A stretch of 62,586 nt of DNA, counting the filler, from Rhabdomonas costata (Eukaryota), in the NCBI GenBank assembly GCA_019059605.1. It is 37 parts of 37 records of this genome, joined end to end, with 100 filler letters (N's around TTAATTAATTAA, not from the genome) between each part and the next. Parts side by side here need not be neighbours in the genome. Positions count along the whole stretch, not along the records: positions 35,593 to 37,186 come from JAHMHO010012392.1; positions 37,287 to 38,880 come from JAHMHO010012393.1; positions 38,981 to 40,574 come from JAHMHO010012394.1; positions 40,675 to 42,268 come from JAHMHO010012395.1; positions 42,369 to 43,963 come from JAHMHO010012396.1; positions 44,064 to 45,657 come from JAHMHO010012397.1; positions 45,758 to 47,351 come from JAHMHO010012398.1; positions 47,452 to 49,044 come from JAHMHO010012399.1; 29 more parts are not named here. One strand, given 5' to 3'. The notes below the pieces were generated by a model. That model was not told the DNA's origin, searched no databases, and saw nothing but the letters and a program-made list of their open reading frames with translations. Shown here one piece after another: positions 36,837 through 49,268 of this stretch. Positions within the stretch are counted from its first letter, which is position 1. Each line of letters begins with the position of its first letter. Position numbers and translations under genes: made by a program.

Positions 36837-37670
36837 TACAACAACAGTTAAGGATAAGAAAAAGCATCTTTTTCAACAGACTTTCACAGACGTTTTCAAC
36901 AGAGATAAAACAAGGGAAAAAGAAGGAATCAACCATGCTTAGATTCAATGGGGGAATTCATAATAAGAAGACTGTCTTGGGCTTTTCAGCATGTTATGGT
37001 CAGGAAATTGTTAGTGCTTGCCGGTAGAAAAAATTGAACGTTTTTTTATTTTTCAGCGTTTCCAACTCATTGGGAATTTGACATTCAAATTGGGAATTTG
37101 GTAATTGGACGCAAGCTCCAGCGAGTACTCGACGACGATCACCCCAGTTGGCACATGCTGCAAATAGACCTTTCCATGCCTTTAACNNNNNNNNNNNNNN
37201 NNNNNNNNNNNNNNNNNNNNNNNNNNNNNNTTAATTAATTAANNNNNNNNNNNNNNNNNNNNNNNNNNNNNNNNNNNNNNNNNNNNGTGTTCTCCGTGTT
37301 TTTCTTTCTAGATTCCCTCTATGATCATTTGACCTCCACGCATTCTCCACCGAACGCTTTTCCTTCGTTGCCAGTGTAAGTTATTGCATTGCCTATGGCC
37401 CGGACCATGAACAACCTGTGCGCCTATCTGCCGGAGTAATGAGAAAGTCTGGAAGCGGTATCGCAGGTGCATAGTCTGCTGCATATTTTCCTGCGCGCCT
37501 GGAATCTGCAGTATTTTAGCTTGTGGCCATTGGTCCTTTACCGCATCATCAGCTGCATCGCCCTATCCACTCATAATTTGGTTTCAATAAATTTTGCTAC
37601 AATCTTTTTCCCATAACTTTGCCAACAAACTTTTTTCCATGCCCCATTGCAGTTGTGCCTCTCCTCACAG

Positions 37671-37838
37671 ATTCTTCTGCCTCCCAACTCCCACTTCCGG
37701 GTCACCAACTTGTGCATTGTGCACCCCACGACGATCACTGGGGAGGATTATGGGATCTACGCTCCCTCCCAACAGCTCACCGCGGAGCAAGCCTCTTCCT
37801 CGAGCTCCGTGATTGTTGTGATGGAGGAAGTGGCGTGA
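37671..37838 (+). CDS. Terminal exon resembling the C-terminus of an ADP-ribosyltransferase (ART) domain
   Basis: CAG acceptor, then ILLPPNSHFRVT...VIVVMEEVA*. This resembles (ExE)VLxPPNxxFxV...IxxxE of R-S-E ARTs. The catalytic ExE would be in a missing exon. Confidence 0.55.
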   Translation: MLLPPNSHFRVTNLCIVHPTTITGEDYGIYAPSQQLTAEQASSSSSVIVVMEEVA

Positions 37839-38984
37839 CGCTCCCACAGATAGAAAAGAGGTATTTTTCCGCGAATGTGGTGGTGTCCTTTCCTTTCCTT
37901 TTTGTGCACTGGTGCTCTGCGATGCGAAGTCACGCGCCGTTCTGAATTTGTTTTCGTTTGATTTGGTATCGATGGCTTTCTTCTCAATCCTGTACGGAAT
38001 CCGACCTGGTGTTTTGCTAGAGAGTTCGTGGTGCAAGCTCATCCACCCTTCTTTTTTCTCATACATTGAGAGGTCGAATTTTCTCCCCACGAATAGGATT
38101 GCTGCATATCCGTGCCCCTCCACCACTCTGCCTCTGCGATGCGTTGTGCTCTAAATTCCAATGGCATGGACAGAAATCGACTCTCTCCAGAGGTGTTCGC
38201 CGGTACTTGTGGCAAAACGGAGGAAACTGCGTTTCTTGGTTCGTATTTGTGGCCGAAATGACAATGGGATCCATCCGTGGGCCTGTGCTTTAGTGCTTTA
38301 GGCCGCATCGGGTTGCCTTCCTGCGCCTTACGTTCCAGTTTCCGCCCATCACAATTCTGTGTGTGCTTTTTGGTGCGCTGCTTTTCAGGTCTCCCTGCCT
38401 CCCCTGGGCGGCAATTGCCTTCCGCCGCCGAATCCGTGCCCTGGTGCTTTGAGTCAGAGCAACCGTTTCCCTCAACACGCGGTGCCTCAAGGCGGCCTTC
38501 CAGCGCACCCTTCGGGAGACAGTAACATTCGCTCTTTTTGCCTTCCCCATGTTTCCGTTCACGGATGTCTCCCCATCGGTGCCCATCTTTCCCGTGAGGT
38601 GGTGTTCTCCCTGCTCTCTCATTTGTGCCGGGGGGGCGCCGTACTCCCTCACATACTTTTCGCCGCCATTCCCATCGCTGTCTTACTCTGTGGGTCAGTC
38701 TGTACATGCCGGTTTTTGGGTTTGCTGCTGCTGTTGCTGTTCTTCTGCATCCAACCTATCTGCCCCCCCCCTTCCCATTCACCCCATCTCCAGGTACATA
38801 GCGCACTTGCACCTGTCTCTATCTTTTTCGCTTAACCCTGGCATCCGACCCTACTGTTTCCTACCACTTTCCCCCACCCCNNNNNNNNNNNNNNNNNNNN
38901 NNNNNNNNNNNNNNNNNNNNNNNNTTAATTAATTAANNNNNNNNNNNNNNNNNNNNNNNNNNNNNNNNNNNNNNNNNNNNTGGT

Positions 38985-39086
38985 GTGGTGGCGACCGGGG
39001 TACTACATGGCACAATGTAACACGGGGGCCACAATATTGCAGCCCCCGTGTTACATTGTGCCATGCAGTACCCCGGTCGCCACCAC
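38985..39086. repeat. 102-bp loopless palindrome
   Basis: 51-bp arms centred on CAAT|ATTG (39035/39036), with 3 mismatches, all transitions. Confidence 0.9.
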
Positions 39087-40972
39087 GATCACCATGGCTC
39101 CCCTCCCGTCGCTCACCTTCGGTCTAGCTGCTCAGTCGGACCCTGCGCTGAAGCCCTCCTGGGTAACTCCCCCCCTCCGAGCGTCACTTGCACAGTGAGG
39201 TCCAGTTGAACAAAATGTACACACAGCATCAAGCAAGGCGGAGACGAGACTAAAAGACAGGACTCCGCCCATAGGGCGAGCGGGGAAGCCCCGATGCAGT
39301 GTAGTCGTGCATCTTGACATCGAGCTACTTTTCTTCGTCAAATAATTGCTGTCTGCCGGTAAAGGTTTTTTGCAGTCCTATTCATCAGAGGCACAAACAT
39401 TGACATCATTGTTCACGGTTTGTTGGAAAGGAAAAGGGCAATAATTTACAGAAAAAGAGGAAACTTTGTCGCCAACATAAAGTATGTAAACAATTGCTCC
39501 TGTGCAGTGGTCACCATGCAGCGGAAAAAGAACCGTCAGGCAGAAGCAGTTAGGAAAGTCTCTGTTATTTAAAAAAAAACGACACAGTAAGCCGTACAAA
39601 AGTGGAAACTCGGCAAAGGCGACCGTGGAAATGGAAGGCAGCAAAGCAGTGGAAAGTGCGTCGGGCCTAGGGGTTAGTGGGGGTGATTTTAACGGGAGTG
39701 TAGGTCGAGAGAGACCTGAATCTAAGACCACCTGGGAAAGCGATGGAACACGAACAAGACGCTAAACTTCACCATACACCAAAGAATGCTTTTCGCAGTC
39801 AGAGAGGGGAATGGTCTGCCAGGGAGCAAAAACATCACTGTCCGACAGCTGCTAACAGATGGTATACAGGCACAGCTTCTTCACGACAGCTTAAGCCTCC
39901 CTGTAAACATGTTGAGTATGTTTTCGGCACTTTCAACGAGGGTTTTATAGCTTTTTTCTTTGAGGTGAAAGTCTGAGTGCGGAGATTCGACAATGACAGC
40001 CCCCCCCCCCCAATTTTCACTGTTTTGAAAAACCGCTCAAGCGATCTTTGAAGCAGCAGATTTCATATCGATTATTATAGATTCAGAAAATGAAAACGTC
40101 CGCGTTGGCGTTTATTACCGACGTCTGTTACAACAACCCTCGCTGCAAACCGCGGTCGATAACATCTTCATTTGACGCCTTTTCGCACGACCCCCCACAC
40201 CATCCTGAGATACCCAACACAAGTTTACCTCAGCCCCCTGCTGCAAAACAGACCTGCTCCGACCCATTGCTTCAGGAACGCTTTATTGTTCGTCATGAGA
40301 TTCGATATTTTGATAAAACGATTGCCCATGGTGGTCTGGGCCATTGGGGTTTTCCTTATCAGGACCTTCAGCTATACCCTGGTGCTGCGGGGCCATCCCC
40401 AGCCAACACGACTGTGTCTGCACCGGAAGGTGCACAGCCCCTTCCTCCTTGGTCGCCACCCACAGGTGGAGTGACTCCCCCCTCCTGCGTGCGCGCAACT
40501 CAGCGCTCTGTGAGCACACATTTTTTCGCCTTCTTTGCGGGGTGAGTCATTACTATTCAGTTGCAAACAAAACANNNNNNNNNNNNNNNNNNNNNNNNNN
40601 NNNNNNNNNNNNNNNNNNTTAATTAATTAANNNNNNNNNNNNNNNNNNNNNNNNNNNNNNNNNNNNNNNNNNNNGGTGGTTGAGTAAAAGAACGAGGAAG
40701 GGGGGACCGCATTGGCGATACCGCGGAGGTCCGGACTAATTACAGCGGGGTCCTGTGAAGTACGCTATGTTAGGGAGAGGGTTCTGCTTGTTTCGCGTTA
40801 GGTGCCCCTTGATGCGCCCCTTATTTCCCTACTTTTGCTAAACAAACTCGTCTTTCGGTGCACATAACGGGTCTGTACAGTTGAGTTTTGCACCATCATG
40901 TCATCGGTGTCATCGGTGAAGCCTATATCTTTTTTTTCAGCATTGTGCTTACCCTGCCTGCTGCCTGTTTGC

Positions 40973-42268
40973 TTAATCTCCTCCAGGCAGCATAGCATGG
41001 TACTGCTGTACCTTTGGCACCTCCGCTTGTGCCTGGCAGGACACTGAGTCCTCAACCGCTGGGAACCTAAAAACAACCACCGCACAAAGTAAAGCTGCCA
41101 AGCACAACACTGTTAAACCTCGTCGACGACATCTGGCACGACCCGAGGTTGCTGTATAGGGGGGCCCGAGAGAGTTGCATGGTGGGCTAGACCGGCGAGC
41201 GCCACTGGGGGACTTGAGGTGACCACTCGTGGACCAGAGAGCGGGGCCGCCGTGATGTGCTGAGGCTCCCGTGGGTCAGGCATGGCAACATTAGACCCGC
41301 TGCCCCTCCTGTGGATTGGAGGCATGCACGGAAGACCACACCCACACACTCATGCATTGACTGCCCAAAGGTTATTATCAAAGCCACGGCTGGGGAGGGG
41401 TTGGGCCAACATGCACGATCCTGCCGCGTGGCATATATATGTCTCATTGCACACAACGTGGTAGTTCAGCTGTGTAGTCGTGCTTGTTGTGTGGCTGCCC
41501 AGTGCATGCCGTCGAACAGGTAGGAATGCTGGGCAGCTTTCAATGTGCAGCGTATGTCTGCACCCACGCTGTATGCATGTTCGCACCGCATCGCCGACTC
41601 AACAGTTCCCAGGAGACCCACATTAACACCCACATCGTACGGGAGATTAAAACGCAGAGTTCGGAGTTGTGATAGATCCGAAGGCCGAGAAGCGATTCAT
41701 TAATACTCATTAATACGAACAAAACAAAAACAAAATGTGGGTCCATCAATAAGGTGGTTAGAACCAACTCACCACCACTTATGAGCCCCCAGTGACATCT
41801 TGGCTCGAGGTCCGAGGTGAATGTTCGACTTCCAAATGGTCCGGAAGTGGTATGGTCCCCATTTTATCGGGTGACGGTCCCGAAGCCGAGGCCGAAGCCA
41901 AGGCCATGGCTGCAGAACTAGATCGCCCCTAAGGAGTAATAGATGTAATGGGAGGAAGCACCAAAACGCAAGCAAGGTGAACAGATGACAAGAAACGAAG
42001 AACGACAGAGAAAGAGAAGAAAGCAGGAGCGGGGAGCAACGCAGGCCCCAGCCAAGCACAGCGCAAACCTCCCGGTGCTCAGAGTTGGGCCGGCGGTCCC
42101 CCGGGGGGTACCCCTGCCGGTCCCCGCGTCAGCCGCCGGAAGGGCAACCGGGAGGGAAGGCTGAGAGGGCACCCCAACCGCTCCATAAGACCGCTCCTCC
42201 GTCGTTGGGGTCTGCACATAGATCGCAGGTGGGCGCTCGGCGTCAGAAGGACCATCCACAACACCCAC
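40973..42268 (-). CDS. Pro/Ser-rich C-terminal exons of an unknown protein
   Basis: Phase-compatible exons 42268-42069, 41308-41119 and 41032-40973 (AQAEVPKVQQYHAMLPGGD*). Confidence 0.4.
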
Positions 42269-42398
42269 NNNNNNNNNNNNNNNNNNNNNNNNNNNNNNNN
42301 NNNNNNNNNNNNTTAATTAATTAANNNNNNNNNNNNNNNNNNNNNNNNNNNNNNNNNNNNNNNNNNNNGTGTTGGGTGTGGTTGGGGGGGTGGGGGGT

Positions 42399-43370
42399 GG
42401 CACCAAGGAAGAGATGTACCGGGAACAAGTGGCCGCGATGGAAGGTATTATTTGCTTCGATTAACCATGAGACTAACTAGTCGGACCATGTTTTTAACTC
42501 CAAGGTAGCCCGTGCGCACGGTAGCCGTTGTGGAGGTTGCCGCATCGTTGACCCTTACCCTTCTGCGTCGTTGTTAGACTCATCTGATGACGAAGAGGAA
42601 GATGACGATGACTTCGAGGGCAGTGTGTCTTCTGACTCGTATGTCTGTGAGAGCAGAGTGTGGATATAAGTGTATGACGGTTCTGGGCGCGTTTTTTCTG
42701 GGTGGGTCATTCATCACCATTTGCCGCTGTAGCTCTGCAAACGTTGACGACGAGCAGGACGAGCAAGAAGATGAGGACTCCAAGGTCTGTGTGCAGATGG
42801 ACCCAAAAACTGGCGGCTTCGTACTCTTTAAAATGCCTCGCATTGGGTCTGTTATGGATAGCGAATTGGAGATTGGCCGAAAGCACCCGGATCGTCGGGG
42901 ATGGGAGGGGTAGCAGGGATGCCTAGGATAAGGCTGCAGGCGAGGAAAGTTGTGCCTCCTGAGTTACGTGGTTAGGGGAGCTCTGTTGTCACCTTGCTTT
43001 ACCCACATACCTCCCAACTTGGAACACTTCCTTTATAATCCTGTATTTGTGTGGATTCACAACACCCGTGTGCTCTGAGGTCTGCCTTCCGCCATCTGAG
43101 AGGTTTGATATTTGGAAAGATGAATAGTGCTTCTTTTTCTTTTTGTAGAAGAAGAAGAAGGAGAAGAAGCACAAGGAAAAGAAGGAGGACAAGGACAAGG
43201 AGAAGCACCACAAGCATCACAAGCATAAACACCACAAGGACAAACACAAGCACAAGCATAAGGATAAGGACAAGTTCAGCAAGCACAAAAGCGCGGGGGA
43301 AGATGCTGGGGGCAAGAGAGCCGCGGAGGAGAAGGCTGAAAGCCCCGCCAAAGCTGCCCGAACTGAATAA
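42399..43370 (+). CDS. C-terminal exons of a protein with an acidic tract followed by a Lys/His-rich tail (chromatin/nucleolar-type)
   Basis: Exons ~42399-42444, 42578-42626, 42733-42784 and 43149-43370 read TKEEMYREQVAAME-DSSDDEEEDDDDFEGS-VSANVDDEQDEQEDEDSK-KKKKEKKHKEKK...HHKHHKHKHHKDKHKHKHKD...AARTE*. The ORF track missed this gene. Confidence 0.7.
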
Positions 43371-44063
43371 CTGGCGCGATAGTTGCAGTTTGCGGGCACT
43401 TGTGCTTTTTTGCCGACCATTTTGTATTTGTGTTACTGCCATGCGGAGGCTTTTTAGCCTCCTTGCTTGTACGCTTTGGCTTCGCGTTTGCATTCATGGA
43501 GGTTTTAAGCACAGTTGCCACGATGTTATCTGTCCAATAATAGGGAATTCGTTTGAACTTCTGCATGATTTGGTGTTTGGTCGGCGTCAAATGAACAAGC
43601 GGATTTTTCGATGATAGTCTCTTGATAAATGCCAAAATATGCGGGTCGCTTAGTGGATCGTACTGACGTATTTATTCGCTCATCACCTGCATAATTGTCA
43701 TGCCCCAAGCCTCATGTCCTTCCGGCCTCCAGGTCTTGATCAGCCTCTGAAAACGTTTGCGGCCAAGCGACTTGTCGCAATTCTTGCCCACCCCGATTGT
43801 CTGGGCTGCCTTGGTTGTTTGTACTATGTATCGACCTTTTTGTCTATTTTCGGGACAGTTTTCTCGACTGCAGTTGCCTTTGGCAATTGTTTCGAATGTC
43901 TGCCGACGCTCTTGAGGAAGAATTCTCAGGTTTCTGTCATACCCGCACTGTAGACCCCAACACNNNNNNNNNNNNNNNNNNNNNNNNNNNNNNNNNNNNN
44001 NNNNNNNTTAATTAATTAANNNNNNNNNNNNNNNNNNNNNNNNNNNNNNNNNNNNNNNNNNNN

Positions 44064-45157
44064 GGGTTGGGAACTCGTACTAAGTCTGGGGCTGCTGGTT
44101 TGCTCGGGGTTCTTCGCGGGCCTAACACTGGGGCTGATGGGCCTGGACACCACCTCGCTCCGCGTGGTCGCGACCTCTGGGCCCCCGCAGGAGCGGAAAT
44201 ACGCCCAGAGGATCCTCCCTCTCCGGGAGAAGGTGTGTGTCTGTGTGAGTGACACATCCGCGGTTTTCTTTTCAAGCGGAAACAGCTGATCTGCCAACGA
44301 TCCACTGTTAAGGTGAAAGAGCGGGCTGGCATCAGTTAGTTAGGATTCTTTGTCGAGTTTGCATTAGGTGGGGTCTTTTTGCATAAGAGGTTTTGTTCAG
44401 CCGCGGGTTGTTCATGTCAGACGAAAAGAGCGACTTCTCTGCGAGGTCGCAGCACTCTTTCCTAAGAGCTGGTCTCGCTCAGGAGTGAGGGTAAAAGCCA
44501 CTCTGGCCATCCAGCCCGGAATTCCTCTGTGAACCTTGGGGGGCAGCAGGTGCCTGGTTGGAGACACAAGTTGATTTAGTGTGGGCGATTGACCGGAGTC
44601 TCGTTCAATGGGGAAACGTGAGATGATGACTGAGAAGGGTCCCACACACCCCGCTCAAGTCTTGACGGCTCTTCCATCGTGGTGGACCGTGAATATGGAT
44701 TTGATCCGATTTCGGTGCTTGATAGTACCCGTACCAGTGTCTACACTTTACACCCTACTCTGTCAGTGTGAAGAGAGCGCACGTTAATACCGTTCGTGGA
44801 TCCAGGGTCCATGTGTGACGATGCTTTTGGGGTCCCCCCTTACACCCCAGTCCCCTTTCTTGGATTGACGCGCCCCAGGGTCCAACAAAATCGAGGGGTG
44901 GGGTTTTAAGTTTACCTGGAGCCCAAGCAAGACCTTGAATGGTCTCTTCAGTATTGTCGTTTTATCACAGGACCTATAGGTGGTTTTGAGTAGGTTCGAG
45001 GATGAATGTGCAGAGACCTGCCTGCATGTGTTGTGTGCACATCTGAACACAAACCCAGGGAAATCAGCTGCTTTGCACGCTGCTGATCGGCAACGTCATT
45101 GTGAACGCCTTCCTGTCAATCCTCATGGCGGACATGACAGGAGGCCTTATCGGCCTG
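44064..45157 (+). CDS. CNNM/DUF21 metal transporter, N-terminal TM region
   Basis: Exons 44064-44232 (SGFFAGLTLGLMGLDTTSLRVVATSG...ERKYAQRILPLREK) and 45059-45157 (GNQLLCTLLIGNVIVNAFLSILM) carry classic DUF21 motifs. Confidence 0.95.
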
Positions 45158-48100
45158 GTTAACCCACACACACACACACACCGCTGTCCTTCAATTGCTC
45201 CCTGTGTGAGCACAGCATCTCAAAGAAGCCCATTATTGAACTCAAAATATGTCGCACCTTCGTAGGGAACCTTTGTTGAGGCCCGGAATCGCAAGATGTG
45301 GTCTTCTGCTGTAATTCACCTTATGCGAATTGCGCCAACTCTTTCACGTGGAGGAATCCAGCAAGGCACCGTCAGAACATCGAAAGAATTCTGAAAAAAG
45401 TCCGGAGCTACCTCATCTTCACAATGCAGCCCGGTTATTAAATCGTTGACAGGTCGGACCAAGCCAGACCGTTTATTCAGGACACCTGCCAATTCCGACT
45501 TGACACGACTTGACCCACCCTTCCATCGCCCCAAACTCTTGGGAGCTTATTCTAGATGTCATACCCAGATCCTCACCATCATACATATCGCGCTTTGCCT
45601 CCCAACCCCCTGCTACTTCTTCTGATTAAAACACGGTGGGAACATCTACCCACCACCNNNNNNNNNNNNNNNNNNNNNNNNNNNNNNNNNNNNNNNNNNN
45701 NTTAATTAATTAANNNNNNNNNNNNNNNNNNNNNNNNNNNNNNNNNNNNNNNNNNNNGGGGGGGTTGGGTGGCTGCGTGTGAGGGTGTCGATGTTGCGGA
45801 GGGTGGTGTGTGCGTGGGTGGTCCTGTGTCTTCTGCGTTGCTGGGCGTGTTCGATACGATGGGTGGTGAGGGTGCTGCAAAGGGGTCGTTGTCGTTGTTG
45901 GGTGGGTCCATGGGTGTGGAAGGTGCTTGGGGTTCGTTCAAAAGCTAAGTCACTCGTCGGCAGCGGCTTCAAGGCTCCAAAAATGAGTGGCCAGGTAATT
46001 GAGGTTTGAAACGCCTTCAGGTCGGGCAAATTTGCTTGTCCAGTCAATTCGCCTCTCAATAGCCAAGGCAGTGCAGTCAGTCACTGGGCCCTCCGGAAAA
46101 AAATCTGGTGCAGCATGAAAAGAAAACTTTAACGAGAAAAAAGATCTGTCAAAAGTGGTTTGTCTGGAACTCTTTGGTTCAAGAAAAACCCTTGCAAAGG
46201 GCTGGTAACTGAAGCTGTGAAAGTTCTCTTGTGTGTGTGCGGGGAGGGGGGTCAGCGGCTAAGTCCTTTCCAAGCCTTTCATGTCGGTCGAAGGGAGTCT
46301 CTCCTTCCCAAGCAACAGCTGAACACCAAGATCACAACAAGCCAGTATATTCCCACGGCAATGTTGTATAATTCACACAAAGCGTAAAGCTGCTCCCTCG
46401 TTCCCGTTCTCCGACACCACCACCTTTCACCCCTCCGGCTGCTTTGCTTATTATTATTGTCACTTTTCAAAAAGAGAGACCCGATCCGCAGGCTCTCGAA
46501 GACTCTTCTGAGATCGCACGTGCCTATTTCGAATCTTCATATTCAAATCTCAAGAAGTTTCAATCTTCCTGGCCTCCCTACTTTCGCCACTCACCATTTG
46601 ATTTCTTGTCGTTATTGTGTGCGAAAATGGAGACCGCCGAGGAGAGGGCTGCCTCCTTTCTCGTTTGCGGTTTCGGAGCTTCGTGTTGTTTTTAGTAAGC
46701 TCGCAACGAACCGTGTGTAACTTCCAAGCAGCACCTGGACAACGAATTGTAAAATATTCCATCGCCACCATCGCCAAACAAGAAATGTATTTCAAGCGTC
46801 AGGACACGCGTCAAGTCGACGTTACTTGCACAGACAACAAGCAACCCATTCTTCCTCCAACGACGTTTGCATGCAAATTGTGAATTGTTACATGCCAGCT
46901 CGAGAACAGTAAGGGTTTTGAAAATAAACGGAGCAAAAACAACGAATTTCGAGCCCACTGGTTTTTCAGACGCTTGCATTGACATCCTACAGAATTCTTT
47001 TTTTTTAAACTTTTTTCATTTGAATCAAGCATCATCTCTTTCATCAGCCAACTAGTCACGTTTATTCAGGCGTAAAGGGTAGGTCCGGCACTGCAGCGAC
47101 GCAGCACCAGCCGTTTGCAGCACTCCAGCTGCTGCAAGCTTCGACAGATGGCATGACCTTGGGACCGCGGAACCCAAGCCGGAAGCGCCCCACATCGGCA
47201 GGGTCCCACTAGGTCCCAAGGGATGGTTGCTGGGCAAAGAATCGCCTCGGCGAGTTTTCTCCCAGCAAACCGCAGTCGTCTCCACAGTGACAGCGAATTG
47301 CGGTGCCCGCCCAAAAGGGCAGGCCAATCAGCGCCGCCTTCACCCCCCACCNNNNNNNNNNNNNNNNNNNNNNNNNNNNNNNNNNNNNNNNNNNNTTAAT
47401 TAATTAANNNNNNNNNNNNNNNNNNNNNNNNNNNNNNNNNNNNNNNNNNNNGGGGTTTTGTATCCTTTACACCGGTGCACCAGCACTGATTTGTAGTTTT
47501 AGTCATTGGGGTGTTTTTGAGCCCTTTTGAAATTTCCGGAACCTGCTTTTAGCCCTCTTTCCCGTGCTTACTTTCGTGCATATTGCGCGCGAGATGGGTT
47601 TTTGGCAGACCACCACTTCGCGCCAATTCTGGCGAACTGCACCCGAATGGAGTTGAATGGTGTTTGTGGACTTGAGTGCAGTTCTGATAGAACCTAACGG
47701 AATCAAATGGACTGCTCGCCGCGTAGATGAGAGGAAAAGGCAGTAATTTACTGCAAGACCCGAAACAGAAAGACGGATAGGATACAAATCGGGACTGCGA
47801 GGGACGGACAACGGAAACAGTGGCAATAAAGGGAGCCGTTCGAGTTGTTTGTCTTGCCCATTTTTTTGGCTTTGTCACGTGTAATATATTGATGTTCCTC
47901 CTGAATCGCTTTCTTGGTCTCTGTCGGCTCATGGGTAATGGGTTTCGAGGCGAGCGTGGGGCGAAGCTCTCCCCCCTTCCATCCCTCGCCCAGCTGAGCC
48001 CCTGTGGTGTATTGCAGAACAATGAATTTCGGTGAGTGGAGAAGGGGAGTAGTGCACACGCGAAAAAGAGCCTAAACACAAGCAAATAGAAGCAAAGACA

Positions 48101-48218
48101 AATGGAAATTGTCATGGAATACGAGAAGGTCCGCAAAGAAGCGTGGGGGAACTCCTTTTCGTCGCTGCCTTCTGTTGCAGAGACTTTTCTTCCCCTTCCC
48201 CTTCTCCTCCCCGCGCAG

Positions 48219-48634
48219 GCACCTATCGCACCCCGGTCTTCGAGAACTGCCTCAGCAAGATGACTTCCTCGCCCAACTGGCAACTGATGGAGTGCCAGGG
48301 GCTGTCCGAGGGCGGGGCGTCGTGCGGGGGGACCAACCCGTGCCAGACCGCCGTGCTGGTCTTCCGCACGGTGGACACCAGCAAGGGCGAGCTGGGCAAC
48401 GTGTGGACGTACTACAACCAGGCCCTGGAACACTTCGTGCCTCCCCACACGAAGGTCGATCCAAAGGACATGCGCTACCACGCCGCGGTGATGGTGACGC
48501 GGGGTCCTCAGCTGAAGGCCACGCCCTCGCTGCTGTATGTGATCGTCTACGCGCCTGTGGACGAGGGCAAGAACAATGGGCTGGGGCGTGGGCACTTCTT
48601 GTGCAGCGGCAAGGAGGGCCAGGGCCAATGCTAA
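48219..48634 (+). CDS. Terminal exon of an unknown Cys-containing protein
   Basis: Strong polypyrimidine-CAG acceptor, strong GC3 codon bias, and a 416-nt open frame to TAA. No family recognised. Confidence 0.8.
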
Positions 48635-49268
48635 AGGGGCGGCTTAAGGGATGACCCAAAATGCCGGAGAGGAGCTCTGCGCTCTCTTTCTCAAGTTCGT
48701 TCGTTTGTGGGTTCTGTGGGTGTGGGCTGTGTTCCAGTAATGGTCCCGCCGTTCTGCGTGCCATCGTGGAATCCCAGTATTGTAACCCCGTAAGAGTACC
48801 GGTGAGAGTGCTAATGATGGATCAGTGCAACTAAGGAATCCAATCTTTGACGATCTATTGTTGCCATAAAATTGATGCAGCGCCTGGAGTTCAACCCCCT
48901 GGAATACTCAGCGGACCAACGGACAGGTGAGGAAGACGCGAAAAGAATGGGTTCTCAGGATCCGTTGCGAGGGGAAAGGGGAGGGCATGATAGCCGTCAC
49001 GTCAAGGGAAGATTTCTCTAATTCGTCGTGTAATCCAAAACCCCNNNNNNNNNNNNNNNNNNNNNNNNNNNNNNNNNNNNNNNNNNNNTTAATTAATTAA
49101 NNNNNNNNNNNNNNNNNNNNNNNNNNNNNNNNNNNNNNNNNNNNTACGTGGCGTGGGGAGGGGGGGCATAAATGCACTCATGCCGTCTTGGGCTTTCTAC
49201 CTATTCTTCGGTTCTTCCCTTCTCTGCTTCCCTTTTGCCTTTGCGAAAATCACAGACATAGGCCACAC

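Noticed and set aside
47549-48628. 359-aa minus-strand ORF
   Set aside because: It is the antisense shadow of the GC3-rich plus-strand exon 48219-48634, extended through intron-like sequence.
48800-48910. tRNA or box C/D snoRNA (B-box-like GAGTTCAACCC and ATGATG)
   Set aside because: No cloverleaf and no proper C/D box pair with a terminal stem. No rRNA, tRNA or SL-RNA gene was recognised anywhere by eye; tRNAscan-SE or Infernal would be needed to exclude them.
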